The notes: generated by a model from the letters alone, not told the origin. Positions 51,982-62,316 are shown, numbered from the stretch's first letter. The stretch is DNA of 64,000 nucleotides from an uncultured Leptospira sp. (GCA_964571605.1 CAZNCS010000001.1:4098-68097), one strand, 5' to 3'. Program-made: numbers and translations.

Positions 51982-52923
51982 ATGGCTGATAACGGCCCAA
52001 TACAACATTCTCTCGGAGATAAATCCGCACGCCAACTTGCAAATACTACTAAAACTTCCGCACAATACGGACTCATAACACCTCGCTGGTTGGTGCGTTT
52101 ATTGGATTGGAAACCATTGGAGTCCGGAACTCTCAGAGTGAACCGGGTAAAAGACAATACTAAGGTGGATGTTCTTTGCGGACAAAAGGACGAACAAGCT
52201 CTACCGGAAACTTTCGTGGATTACGAAGAAAAACCGAGAGAATATACATTAAGTGCGATTTCTACCGTTCTTGACGTTCATACACGTGTTTCCGATCTGT
52301 TCAGCACTCCACATGACCAAATTCGCGAACAACTTCGTCTTACGATCGAAAGTGTAAAAGAACGCCAAGAAAACGAACTCATTAATAACGATGATTACGG
52401 ACTTTTGAAAAACGTTCCCAAAGGACAAAGAATCCAAACTAGAAAAGGCGCTCCCACTCCGGATGATCTGGACGGGCTCATTTCTAAAGTTTGGAAAGAA
52501 CCTTCTTTTTTCTTAGCTCATCCTCTTGCTGTTGCCGCTTTTGGTAGAGAATGTACTCGTAGAGGGGTTCCTCCGGCTACGGTCTCTTTATTCGGTGCTC
52601 AATTTTTGACTTGGAGAGGTTTACCGATCATACCTACCGATAAACTTTTGGTGGGAGGAGAGTCGGATCCGAAAGATCTCGGTGGAAGTACAAATATTCT
52701 TCTTCTGAGAGTCGGAGAAAAAAAACAAGGTGTGGTAGGTCTCTACCAACCGGGATTACCGGGAGAGCAGACGCCTGGACTATCCGTTCGTTTTATGGGG
52801 ATCAATCGTTCTGCGATCGGATCCTATCTTATCTCGTTGTACTGTTCCGCAGCCGTACTCACCGACGACGCAATCGGAGTATTGGAGAATGTGGACGTAG
52901 GCAACTACTATGACTACAAGTGA
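51982..52923 (+). CDS. Family 2A encapsulin nanocompartment shell protein (SrpI-like)
   Basis: SARQLANTTKTSAQ..ITPRWL, YEEKPREYTLS, HTRVSDLFSTPHDQIREQLRLTIE, GAPTPDDLD, WRGLPIIP, GLSVRFMGI; RBS AAGGAG; 313 aa with no cNMP insertion. Confidence 0.93.
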   Translation: MADNGPIQHSLGDKSARQLANTTKTSAQYGLITPRWLVRLLDWKPLESGTLRVNRVKDNTKVDVLCGQKDEQALPETFVDYEEKPREYTLSAISTVLDVHTRVSDLFSTPHDQIREQLRLTIESVKERQENELINNDDYGLLKNVPKGQRIQTRKGAPTPDDLDGLISKVWKEPSFFLAHPLAVAAFGRECTRRGVPPATVSLFGAQFLTWRGLPIIPTDKLLVGGESDPKDLGGSTNILLLRVGEKKQGVVGLYQPGLPGEQTPGLSVRFMGINRSAIGSYLISLYCSAAVLTDDAIGVLENVDVGNYYDYK

Positions 52924-54631
52924 TTCCTTTCCTATAAATCCGGGAGATTTTTCCGCTCCCGGTTTAGGTGGGGGACAGGCACCGATAGATCCGAGTCTGA
53001 TCGCGGATTTGGCTAAAGAATTTTTCGGTTCTCTTCCCACCGGTTCGAGTGTGGATGAATTGGTTCTTTCGAATTCGCAGATATCTTCCAAACCGACGCA
53101 GCCTTTGGCTTCTTCTTCCGTGGAAAATTTTTCCAAGTCTTCCACTTCCGATTCGGGATGGAATGTATCCGGGACGGATTACCAAAGAGTTTCGGATGAA
53201 TTTTTATCAGGTTCAAATTTGCCTTCTTATCCAGGGGGATTAACAGCTCCTGGATTTTCGAGTTTGGGAAAATCAGCATCTTCCTCTTTTTCTTTTTTAG
53301 AAGAAGGTAGAACATTTTTTCCAGAAACGAGCGGAGTTCAAATCACGGATCCTTTTAGTTTTAGTCCGAGTCTTGTTCCCTCCGTAGAACTTTCGTCCGG
53401 AAATTTTGACCTGGGTTCCGTGCGTAGGGATTTCCCTATTTTGCAGGAAAAAGTAAACGGAAGAGATCTGGTTTGGTTGGATAATGCGGCCACTACCCAT
53501 AAACCCCAGGCAGTGATCGATCGCCTTTCTTATTTTTACCAACACGAAAATTCTAATATTCATAGGGGAGCTCATACTCTCGCCGCAAGAGCGACTGACG
53601 CATATGAAGCGGCTCGGGAGAAGGTGAAACAATTTTTAAACGCATCTTCCACCGAGGAAATCGTTTTCGTGAGAGGAGCCACTGAGGCGATCAATTTGGT
53701 CGCTCAGACTTGGGGTAGGAAGAATATAGGGAAAGACGATGAAATTCTAATCACCTGGTTGGAACATCACGCGAATATCGTACCTTGGCAAATGCTTTGT
53801 GCCGAAAAAGGAGCCAAATTGAAAGTGGTGCCGGTGGATGAAACCGGGCAGATCATTTTGAGCGAGTACGAAAGACTTTTAACTCCACGCACTCGATTGG
53901 TATCTTTTACCCAAGTTTCGAATGCGCTCGGAACCGTGACACCTTTCCAAACTATGGTGGAACAAGCGCATAGAGCTGGTGCCAAGGTTCTGGTCGACGG
54001 AGCCCAGGCAGTTTCGCATATGCAAGTAGATGTACAATCCATCGATTGTGATTTTTACGTTTTTTCCGGGCATAAGGTATTCGCTCCCACCGGTATCGGA
54101 GTTCTTTTCGGCAAAAAGGAAGTGTTAGATACAATGCCTCCGTGGCAAGGCGGAGGAAACATGATAGAAGATGTAACCTTCGAAAAAACCGTTTACCAAC
54201 AGGCTCCTTTTCGATTCGAAGCTGGTACCGGAAATATTGCGGACGCGGTGGGTTTGGGTGCGGCGATCGATTATCTGAATAAAATCGGAATGAATCGAAT
54301 TGCAGAGTACGAACATTCCTTACTAGAATATGGGACCAAACAATTATCAAGAGTACCAGGACTTAGAATGATCGGAACCGCAAAAGAAAAAGCGGGAGTA
54401 TTGTCCTTTGTTTTGGATGGATTCAAAACGGAAGAAGTGGGAAGGTATTTGGCTCAAGAAGGAATCGCAGTGCGTTCCGGACACCATTGCGCTCAACCAA
54501 TTCTCCGACGTTTTGGATTGGAAAGTACGGTTCGTCCTTCTTTGGCTCTATACAATACTTGCGAGGATATAGACGCGCTTATTAACGCTCTTTTTGATTT
54601 GCAAGGAGGCAGAATTTCAGGTCCTCTTTGA
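52910..54631 (+). CDS. SufS-type cysteine desulfurase with a disordered N-terminal encapsulin-targeting extension
   Basis: About 165-aa Ser/Gly/Pro-rich extension containing DLAKEFF; LDNAAT, SGHK (PLP Lys), RSGHHCAQP (catalytic Cys); overlaps the shell gene. Confidence 0.93.
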   Translation: MTTSDSFPINPGDFSAPGLGGGQAPIDPSLIADLAKEFFGSLPTGSSVDELVLSNSQISSKPTQPLASSSVENFSKSSTSDSGWNVSGTDYQRVSDEFLSGSNLPSYPGGLTAPGFSSLGKSASSSFSFLEEGRTFFPETSGVQITDPFSFSPSLVPSVELSSGNFDLGSVRRDFPILQEKVNGRDLVWLDNAATTHKPQAVIDRLSYFYQHENSNIHRGAHTLAARATDAYEAAREKVKQFLNASSTEEIVFVRGATEAINLVAQTWGRKNIGKDDEILITWLEHHANIVPWQMLCAEKGAKLKVVPVDETGQIILSEYERLLTPRTRLVSFTQVSNALGTVTPFQTMVEQAHRAGAKVLVDGAQAVSHMQVDVQSIDCDFYVFSGHKVFAPTGIGVLFGKKEVLDTMPPWQGGGNMIEDVTFEKTVYQQAPFRFEAGTGNIADAVGLGAAIDYLNKIGMNRIAEYEHSLLEYGTKQLSRVPGLRMIGTAKEKAGVLSFVLDGFKTEEVGRYLAQEGIAVRSGHHCAQPILRRFGLESTVRPSLALYNTCEDIDALINALFDLQGGRISGPL

Positions 54632-54638
54632 GTGTGAA

Positions 54639-54674
54639 TTTTGTATCCGGTTCTTTTCCGAGCCGGGTACAAAA
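54639..54674. terminator. Bidirectional terminator
   Basis: TTTTGTATCCGGTTC...GAGCCGGGTACAAAA between convergent genes. Confidence 0.7.
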
Positions 54675-54703
54675 TAAATTTACTAGTTTTAAAGTTTGAG
54701 ATT

Positions 54704-55615
54704 TTAAATCGAAAAATCGATTACATTATCCAATTCTTTGGAATTACGCACCCGAACTTCGTTTTTCTGATAAACGACGGAATAAGGGGGAACACTTTGA
54801 GTCAGCCACGCGTTTCCTCCTATAATACTGTTTCTTCCGATCACTGTATCTCCGCCTAGGATGGTCGCTCCCGCATAGATGATTACATTCTCTTCGATTG
54901 TAGGATGGCGTTTTATGCTGGCTAAATTTTTACTTACGGACAAAGCACCTAGAGTCACACCCTGATAAATTTTTACGTTATCAGCGATAATAGAAGTCCC
55001 CCCAATTACGATTCCGGTTCCGTGATCCATAAAAAAGGATCTTCCGATTTTAGCAGCAGGATGAATATCGATCCCAGTTTTTTCATGAGCGTATTCGCTT
55101 AACATTCTTGGGAAAATAGGAACATACAAACTATGTAATACATGTGCGACTCTATGTACTGCGATTGCATAAAATCCAGAATATGCTAGAATCACTTCTT
55201 TTACACTTTCCGCCGCAGGATCACCTTCGTAAGCAGCAATTGCGTCCTGCCAAATCGATTCGTACAAAAAAGGAAGTTGTTCTTGGAATTGAGTGAGAAC
55301 TTCATTTGTATTCAATTGGGAAGCCGAATCGGGACTACCGATTAAATACGGCTGTAATTTTTTCTTCGAATCCAAAAGAAATCGGGAAATACTATCTTCT
55401 ACTTGCGTTTTGTCTCGGAATGTAAGGTCGGAAAAAAAACCTGCGAATAGGATATCGAATAAGTCCCGGATAAAATCACCGGCGACCTGTCTGCCTCCGT
55501 AACGATGCGGGTCCTCATTCTGCTTTTCGTAAATGGATTCCAGAAATTGATCGTACTTCTCGGGTGAGGTTTGGTGTTTGGAGAGATTTCCGTTTGATTC
55601 GAACGAATTTGCCAA
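54704..55615 (-). CDS. cysE: Serine O-acetyltransferase (CysE, long SrpH/EpsC type)
   Basis: GDPAAES, YSGFYAIAVHRVAH, TGIDIHPAA, DHGTGIVIG, YQGVTLG, KRHPT; C-terminal IDFSI. Confidence 0.93.
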   Translation of the reverse strand: MANSFESNGNLSKHQTSPEKYDQFLESIYEKQNEDPHRYGGRQVAGDFIRDLFDILFAGFFSDLTFRDKTQVEDSISRFLLDSKKKLQPYLIGSPDSASQLNTNEVLTQFQEQLPFLYESIWQDAIAAYEGDPAAESVKEVILAYSGFYAIAVHRVAHVLHSLYVPIFPRMLSEYAHEKTGIDIHPAAKIGRSFFMDHGTGIVIGGTSIIADNVKIYQGVTLGALSVSKNLASIKRHPTIEENVIIYAGATILGGDTVIGRNSIIGGNAWLTQSVPPYSVVYQKNEVRVRNSKELDNVIDFSI

Positions 55616-55655
55616 TGTCTGCTTTCTCTATGCGGCTAATAAAACGTAAGCCTGC

Positions 55656-55721
55656 CTATATAATTTCTGCTATATTATAATAAATCAAGATATATTTATA
55701 GTTATAGCAGAAATTATATAG
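55656..55721. repeat. Perfect 19-bp inverted repeat with a 28-nt AT-rich spacer
   Basis: CTATATAATTTCTGCTATA (55656-55674) and TATAGCAGAAATTATATAG (55703-55721). Confidence 0.9.
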
Positions 55722-55942
55722 TATAATAGATTAGACCTTCGTTTAATAGATCGAAAGCCTAGGACTTGGTACTGAAAATTTCCTGACTGGCTCTCACTTT
55801 TGTTCAATAAATACCTATCTCTGCCAACTGGATTGGCTGAATTCTGAATATTATATCCGTTTTAATAGATTAAATTGGTGTTATAGTAGATGCTATTTTT
55901 ACCCTCTCCTTACATTTTCATCACGCGAAATGGGAGGAATAG

Positions 55943-57418
55943 ATGCAGGTCAAAAGGGAAAATCAAATTTCAGGAAAGGGTATCATAACTAAAAAACGAT
56001 CCGGATATTATAATATTTTAAAAAAGAATGCAGTTATTCTAATATTATTTTTAGTTCTGGGATGGTCCAACAGTGAATTGAATGCGATAGACGGTCTTTA
56101 CTTCAACGCGATCAACGCCAGATACTCAGGCCTCGCCGGAGGAGGTTACGGTTTAGGCGGTTCACCCGTGGACGTCGCTTTAAACCCAGCGAACCTTTCT
56201 TTGACCAAGGGAAAAAAATTGGAATTCGGGTTGGGGGCATCTTTGATCCAAAACCGTTACAGAGACCGTTTTGAAGATTCGAATCCGAATTTAACGTATC
56301 AAAACGATAAGACCACAAATGTTCTCGGTCCAGGACCTTATATCGCTTTAAAACTTCCGGTTACGGATAATGTGGATTATGGAATTGCGTTTTATGTTTC
56401 TGGAGGAGCCTCAGGAGGTGTGGATAAGATTACTCGTAATACTCCCACCGGACAATCTTTGAACCAATGGGCCGGCACAAATATTCCAGGCGCGATCGGA
56501 AATTCAAATCAGATCAAAGAATCCAATTCGAATACGTTTGCGGTTTTCAAATTGGTTAATGGAGTTTCCGTAAAATTCGGCAATCTATCTTTGGGAGCGA
56601 GTGTGGAAGCCGCTTACGGTACTCAGAAATTAAATCAAAAATATTACGATGTCACTGGAACGTTTGAAATTCCAGGCCAAGGATATTATTACGAAAGTAG
56701 CAAAAACGCTTTTGCTATCGGCGGAATTTTAGGTGCCAATTATACTTTCTCGGATTGGTTTAGAGTCGGTTACGCGTACCAAAGTCATGTGGGAGTTCCT
56801 TTGAACGGTGGATACAGCATAGGGACTAACGATCCGAATTATTATCGAAAAACGGGAGTGTCCTATACATTCGATTTACCTGAAAAACACCAACTCGGTT
56901 TCGCCATCGGTCCGGAAAATCTAAAATTTGCTCTCGATCTAGTATATACGAATTACGGATCTTATCTGCGAAAAGCCAATCAGACTCTGGAAGATCCATG
57001 GTTACCAACTCCGTTGGGTAAAACTGGATCCGCTGACGCTCATTTAAATTTTAGAGATCAATGGGCTGCCATACTCGGAGTAGAATATAAGGCGAGCCAA
57101 TCTTGGATTCTTCGAGCAGGATACGCGTACAATTCTCCTATGGTAAAAAGTAACGCTTTGGGGGGAACTACGGGAGGATTTTTCTCTCTTACGGACTTAG
57201 TATCCGCAGGTGTGAGTTATGTATTCGATAAATGGAGTTTAGATTTGGCTCTTAGTTATAATATTCCGCGCAAAACGGTGGAAGGCGGAAAAGGAACGGA
57301 TTGGGATCTTTCTCATGCGGTAGGAAATATAGGTAACGCGAATCTAACCGGGTATTCCTATAATTCCCAAGCGAGAATTCCATCTTTCAATATCGGAGCG
57401 ACTCGATCCTTTGAATAA
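55943..57418 (+). CDS. FadL/TodX-like outer-membrane hydrophobic-compound transporter (start uncertain)
   Basis: Signal peptide, then ARYSGLAGG...VALNPANL hatch motif, beta-strands, LRAGYAY. Confidence 0.7.
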   Translation: MQVKRENQISGKGIITKKRSGYYNILKKNAVILILFLVLGWSNSELNAIDGLYFNAINARYSGLAGGGYGLGGSPVDVALNPANLSLTKGKKLEFGLGASLIQNRYRDRFEDSNPNLTYQNDKTTNVLGPGPYIALKLPVTDNVDYGIAFYVSGGASGGVDKITRNTPTGQSLNQWAGTNIPGAIGNSNQIKESNSNTFAVFKLVNGVSVKFGNLSLGASVEAAYGTQKLNQKYYDVTGTFEIPGQGYYYESSKNAFAIGGILGANYTFSDWFRVGYAYQSHVGVPLNGGYSIGTNDPNYYRKTGVSYTFDLPEKHQLGFAIGPENLKFALDLVYTNYGSYLRKANQTLEDPWLPTPLGKTGSADAHLNFRDQWAAILGVEYKASQSWILRAGYAYNSPMVKSNALGGTTGGFFSLTDLVSAGVSYVFDKWSLDLALSYNIPRKTVEGGKGTDWDLSHAVGNIGNANLTGYSYNSQARIPSFNIGATRSFE

Positions 57419-57433
57419 TATTTGAAAGATAAA

Positions 57434-57459
57434 AAAGCCGGAAGATTTTTTCCGGCTTT
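57434..57459. terminator. Intrinsic terminator
   Basis: AAAGCCGGAA...TTCCGGCTTT. Confidence 0.75.
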
Positions 57460-57569
57460 CATCACAATGGGCATCCCAGCCCTCTTTTTATTTAGAATGA
57501 TCTATTCGAAACTCGCCGCTTATTTTTAAACGGAAGTACTTTTGATTCTTTTTAGAATCCTAGTCGGAT

Positions 57570-57929
57570 TTAGTAAACCAAAGTCCTAAGCTGTTGGAAT
57601 ACCGATCCTGCGTGGGCTCTCAGATACATCGCATACGCGCTAGAAAGCAAACTCAATACAAGAGGAAGCATTCTGAAAAACTTTGTCTTTGCGAATGAAA
57701 ATAGGATAAACGCCGGGAAGACGCCTACGATCGGTATGATCGATCCTATTAACAGGAAAAGATAAAACGCCCAGAAAGAGGCGATTTGATCCTCTTTAAC
57801 GGGAGCTTTTGTTTTGTTTTTCATCGGCTTATGCGGTTCCGATCTTGCATAGGTATGCGGATAATGTTCCACAGGCCTCGTTTGCGATCTTGCAGGATAC
57901 TTTGGATCTGCTTTAAACGTTTTTTCCAT
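57570..57929 (-). CDS. Hypothetical membrane protein
   Basis: Charged N-terminus and 2-3 C-terminal hydrophobic helices. Confidence 0.6.
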   Translation of the reverse strand: MEKTFKADPKYPARSQTRPVEHYPHTYARSEPHKPMKNKTKAPVKEDQIASFWAFYLFLLIGSIIPIVGVFPAFILFSFAKTKFFRMLPLVLSLLSSAYAMYLRAHAGSVFQQLRTLVY

Positions 57930-58146
57930 ACCTATAGCTTAGAATTTTTTCAAAGCAATAGCAATCACCAAACCGGGTTTTGGCGAAAAATAAGAATTTT
58001 TGAATGTATCTAATACTAGAAAATCGCCCTAATTTAAAGAGATCGATCGAAAACGGGCTTTTTAAAGAAAGAGAAGCTTAAGATCATTCATTAAGGTCGA
58101 TTTTCATGGAAAATCGTAACATATCGTTTTTTAGAGGGATTTTCGT

Positions 58147-60873
58147 TCAGGAATTTTCTCTTCCAGTGTTAAATTCTATGATAATTTTAGTGCCTCGATC
58201 GAGTTCGCTTTCCGCGGAAATTTTACCGTCCAAGGATTCTATCTGTGTTTTTGTAAGAAATAATCCTACACCCCTCGCTTCGGGATGTCTATGAAATGTT
58301 TTGTGTAAACCGAATAATTTGTTTCCGTATTTGTTTAGATCGATCCCGAGGCCATTGTCTTGGACGATTAGGTATTTTTGATTCTGCACGGTTTTAGTAA
58401 AAATATGTATTTCGGGGGTACGTTTGGGGGATCTGTATTTTATGGAATTAGAAATTAGATTGAGGAAGATACTTTCCATATAAGAAGGGTTGTATTCCCA
58501 TTCCGCCAGAGAGGAAAAGTCCGAAAGAATTTTTGCCTGCGATTCTAAAATTTGGCCCTCTAAAATTTTTGTGATCTTATTTAAAATAAGTTCGAATCGG
58601 ATTTTTTCAATTTTACGTTTTGCAAATTCTTGGATTCTCAATACTTCCACCAAACTATCCAATGTTTCCTGTAGATAATTCACGGTAATTTTGAACTTGC
58701 CTATCAGAGATTGAACTTCCTCTTGTGTGTCTGCTTCTTGGATCAATTCAACAAGAGAAATTAAATTAGTTGTGGGAGCCCTTAAATTATGGGAAGTGAT
58801 ATGCGCATAATTCAAAAGTTGGGCGTTTCTCTGTCCCAATTGTGTGGCTAAAATTTCCAATTGTTTTTTGGTTTCTTCCAATCTCTGTTGGTAATCGACC
58901 GTTTCGGATATATTGGAACCGATTCCTAAAAATCCTGTGATCTCGGAATTTTGATCTCTGATGGCAGTGACTACCAATTGGACCGGAAAAACAGAACCGT
59001 CCTTTCTGCGGTATCTCCAAATTCTGGATTCGAATTGTTCTCTTCTCGCGATTTCAACAAGGGAATCGAAACCTTGGATTTGTTTTTTCAATTTATACGT
59101 AAGTTCTTCCGCTCTTTTTTCTATTTCTTCGGGCACATGAAAATATTCAGGTGTGAATTTTCCCACGATTTCCTCGGAAGAATAACCGAGTAAATTTTCC
59201 GCCCCTCGACTGAAATGAGTGATCAGTCCTTTTGCATCCGCTCGGATGATGGAAACCCGAGTGGCTGAGTCTAAAATTTGTTTCATTTCAAGATGGACTT
59301 CGAGAATCGATTTTTCAGCGGCTTTTCTTTGGGTAATATCCTCTATCTGAGATACGAAATATAAAGGTTTACCCTGTTTGTCTTTCACTATAGAAACGCT
59401 TAAACTAATCCAGATGACGGATCTATTCTTTCGAAAATATCGCTTTTCCATTTTGTAATCCGAAATTTCGCCCCGGAGCATTTTGCCTACATGATGTAAA
59501 TCCGTTTCCAAATCGTCGGGGTGAGTGATGTCTTGGAAAGTTGTGGTTAGAAATTCTTCTTCCGGATAACCCAACATCTCACATAATTTTCGGTTTACTT
59601 TCAACCATTTGCCTTCTGTCGAAACCAAAGCCATTCCGCATCCGTTGTTTTCGAAAGCACCACGAAAAGTCAGTTCGCTTAATAAAAGATCGTCTTCGAT
59701 TCTTCTTCTTTCGTCTATGTCTTGGAATATCCCGTAAAGCCGAATACATTTGCCGTCTTCGATTTCCGCCTGGCCGAGTGTGCGGACCCATTTTGTTTTT
59801 CCTGATTTTGTGACCAATTGTAAGTCTGTATCATATCCTATTCCGAGTTGGATCGCATCGGAAATTGCCTTTGCAATTCGAGATCTTTGTTCTCCTTCTT
59901 TGACAAATAAAACGAAATCGTCCATGGTAGGGGAATAGTCTTCTTCCACTTCATGGATTTCTTTGGTTTTTTTCGCCCATACGATTCTATCCGTACGCAA
60001 GTCGATTTCCCAATTTCCAATTTTGGCGACTTCGTTCATTTTAGAGATGGTTTCTTGGTCTTTTCTACGCTCTTCCTCCGTTAGTCGGATGCTCGTGATA
60101 TCCCAGTTGGTTCCGATCATTTGTGTAGGAGTTCCTTCCGAATTTCGTAGAACCGCTGCAATTGCTTTGATATAACGGACAGTGCCATCCGGCCAAACAA
60201 CTCGGAACTCTGTATTAAATTCCCTATTACCTTTTACCGCGTTACTAAAATCGTCGGCTGCTCTGGCTTTATCGTCCGGGTGGAGGCCTTTTTCCCAGGC
60301 TTCATACGCTCCCGAAAATTCTTTTTCGGTAATTCCGTAAAGACGATACATTCCTTCGTCCCAGACCAATATATTTCGGACAATATCCAAATCCCAAATT
60401 CCTATTTTCGCGGCTCGGGTTGCGAGTTTTAATCTTTGAGAAGTTTGGTGAAGAGATTCTTGGAAGGATTTATGTTTTGTAATATCTTGTAGAAGAAATA
60501 AAAATTTATCCGGGGTATCTGTCTCTCGAATGACAAAACGAAAATACAATAGCGAAGAATCTTTGCCGACTAACCGAATCTCTTCGATACTCGTAAGAAT
60601 TTTATTTTGTGCTTCGGATAGAAGTTTATTCCATTTATGAAGATCTTCCGCGAGAATATGTGAGAGAAAAGTTTTGTAAGAAAGACTTTTTTCCGGTTCG
60701 AGCCCGAGTTTTTCCGAAAGTTTTGAAGGAAGATTTGTTTGCAAAGAAGGGATTTCCATCTCCCAAACATATGTGTCGAAAAGTTCAGTAATGAGACTAA
60801 GAGCTTTTTTCTCCGTGTCGGAATGTAATACGGGAAGACCCAATTCTTCCGGGTTTTTATTTGTCTCTTGCAT
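58147..60873 (-). CDS. Multi-PAS cytoplasmic sensor histidine kinase
   Basis: About five PAS/PAC repeats (GIWDLD, GNWEID, ITHPDD); H-box SHNLR; DNGLG; GVGLF. Confidence 0.9.
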   Translation of the reverse strand: MQETNKNPEELGLPVLHSDTEKKALSLITELFDTYVWEMEIPSLQTNLPSKLSEKLGLEPEKSLSYKTFLSHILAEDLHKWNKLLSEAQNKILTSIEEIRLVGKDSSLLYFRFVIRETDTPDKFLFLLQDITKHKSFQESLHQTSQRLKLATRAAKIGIWDLDIVRNILVWDEGMYRLYGITEKEFSGAYEAWEKGLHPDDKARAADDFSNAVKGNREFNTEFRVVWPDGTVRYIKAIAAVLRNSEGTPTQMIGTNWDITSIRLTEEERRKDQETISKMNEVAKIGNWEIDLRTDRIVWAKKTKEIHEVEEDYSPTMDDFVLFVKEGEQRSRIAKAISDAIQLGIGYDTDLQLVTKSGKTKWVRTLGQAEIEDGKCIRLYGIFQDIDERRRIEDDLLLSELTFRGAFENNGCGMALVSTEGKWLKVNRKLCEMLGYPEEEFLTTTFQDITHPDDLETDLHHVGKMLRGEISDYKMEKRYFRKNRSVIWISLSVSIVKDKQGKPLYFVSQIEDITQRKAAEKSILEVHLEMKQILDSATRVSIIRADAKGLITHFSRGAENLLGYSSEEIVGKFTPEYFHVPEEIEKRAEELTYKLKKQIQGFDSLVEIARREQFESRIWRYRRKDGSVFPVQLVVTAIRDQNSEITGFLGIGSNISETVDYQQRLEETKKQLEILATQLGQRNAQLLNYAHITSHNLRAPTTNLISLVELIQEADTQEEVQSLIGKFKITVNYLQETLDSLVEVLRIQEFAKRKIEKIRFELILNKITKILEGQILESQAKILSDFSSLAEWEYNPSYMESIFLNLISNSIKYRSPKRTPEIHIFTKTVQNQKYLIVQDNGLGIDLNKYGNKLFGLHKTFHRHPEARGVGLFLTKTQIESLDGKISAESELDRGTKIIIEFNTGRENS

Positions 60874-61022
60874 ATAATTTGTGGGTATTACGGTTTTTGT
60901 TAGACGAATTGGCTCGATCGGTCAGGGAGACTCTTGCTGAAATTTTACTCTCTTGGGCAAGTCTGCGAATATCAAACAAAAAAGTTGTTTCGAGAAAGAA
61001 GATAAAAGATAATATTCCGAGA

Positions 61023-61829
61023 ATGTCTAACCCTCCCTTACTCACTCGAATACATGATACTCAAGGAGGACGTATCCTCCAGATTACAATGAATCGTCCC
61101 GAAGTTCATAACGCCGTGAATAAGGAAATGGCGGATCTTTTTTTGAAAACATGGACCGGTTTTCAGTCCGACGATTCCTTAACAGTAGCTGTACTTCATG
61201 GGGCGGGGGATAAATCGTTTTCTGCAGGCGCCGATCTTACCGCTTTGGATTTATTGGCGGATTTATATACGGAGGAACCTGAAAAAAAGAATTATCCCAG
61301 GACGGATCCAGGGCCTTTGGGCGGTTCAAGATTGGTGATTAAAAAACCGGTGATCACAGTTTCACATGGATACACGTATGCAGGAGGGTTGGAATTATTT
61401 TGCCATGGACATATTCGTATCGCAGAACCACAGGCGATTTTTTCCGTCGCTTGTAGACGATGGGGAGTTCCTTTAGTCGACGGAGGAACAGTGTATCTTC
61501 CTAGATTGCTCGGGTGGGGGGCGGCGCTCCCTTTAATTTTAACAGGCCAAAGAATCAGAGCAGAAAGAGCTTACCAACTCGGACTCGTTTGGGAACTTGC
61601 CAAAAAAGGAAAGGGACTCGAAAGAGCGTTTTCCTACGCGACTCAATTATGTAAACAACCTAGAGACGCTATGTTCGCGGATTTGGCCTCGGTGATAGAC
61701 GGAGGAAATCTTTCTGTATCCGATGCTTTAATTCGAGAGGCAGAAAACACTTATCCTGTAATGGAAAGTGAAAGTACAAAAAACGGAGTCAAAAAATTTC
61801 TGGAAGGAGAAAGATTTTGGTTCCGTTAG
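61023..61829 (+). CDS. Enoyl-CoA hydratase/isomerase (crotonase) family protein
   Basis: MNRPEVHNAVN, FSAGADL, AGGLEL, WGVPLVDGG; ATG 61023 preferred. Confidence 0.9.
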   Translation: MSNPPLLTRIHDTQGGRILQITMNRPEVHNAVNKEMADLFLKTWTGFQSDDSLTVAVLHGAGDKSFSAGADLTALDLLADLYTEEPEKKNYPRTDPGPLGGSRLVIKKPVITVSHGYTYAGGLELFCHGHIRIAEPQAIFSVACRRWGVPLVDGGTVYLPRLLGWGAALPLILTGQRIRAERAYQLGLVWELAKKGKGLERAFSYATQLCKQPRDAMFADLASVIDGGNLSVSDALIREAENTYPVMESESTKNGVKKFLEGERFWFR

Positions 61830-61845
61830 AATAAAATATCGTTTA

Positions 61846-62139
61846 TCATAATTTCCATCCGGAAGGTCTTCCAACGTTATGAAATCTTCCCGATGGAACA
61901 TGAAACGGATTATGGCCTCCGTTTCCTCCCCCGGATGAACGATATTGGGGATAGTTATTGTACGATCTATAGGCACGATAATTATAACCCTGATTCGTAT
62001 AGTCGCAATTATAAGAATAGCAGCTATTCCTATAATATCTATCTCCATTCCCATCTAAACTTGCGCATCCCATCGAACCCAAAAAAAGGAAACCGACGAT
62101 AAAGAGAAAATGGAAAGTTTTTCTGTTTCTAAGAAGCAT
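61846..62139 (-). CDS. Small predicted lipoprotein, Tyr/Asn/Gly-rich
   Basis: Basic N-terminus, hydrophobic core, GSMGC lipobox, low-complexity mature part. Confidence 0.65.
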   Translation of the reverse strand: MLLRNRKTFHFLFIVGFLFLGSMGCASLDGNGDRYYRNSCYSYNCDYTNQGYNYRAYRSYNNYPQYRSSGGGNGGHNPFHVPSGRFHNVGRPSGWKL

Positions 62140-62316
62140 AAAAAGATTCCTCCTTTCTATTCTTTAAGACCTCTTATGGTTTCATTTCTTTCCGTATCTA
62201 CTTTTGTATCGTTGATTCCCTTATACGGGCTTACGCAAGGAATTCCATTGCGAAGATTTTTCATAAGATTATTTTAAAATGATCCGGAGTTATTTATCCG
62301 GTACAGGAGTTAATAT

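Noticed and set aside
51599-52065. ORFs 51599-51913 (+) and 51736-52065 (-)
   Set aside because: No RBS or recognisable domain, alternative start codons; the minus-strand ORF overlaps the encapsulin
60861-61022. N-terminal extensions in the ORF track (crotonase, 17696 epimerase, 4097 Crp)
   Set aside because: They overlap neighbouring genes or look non-coding; downstream ATGs fit the family starts
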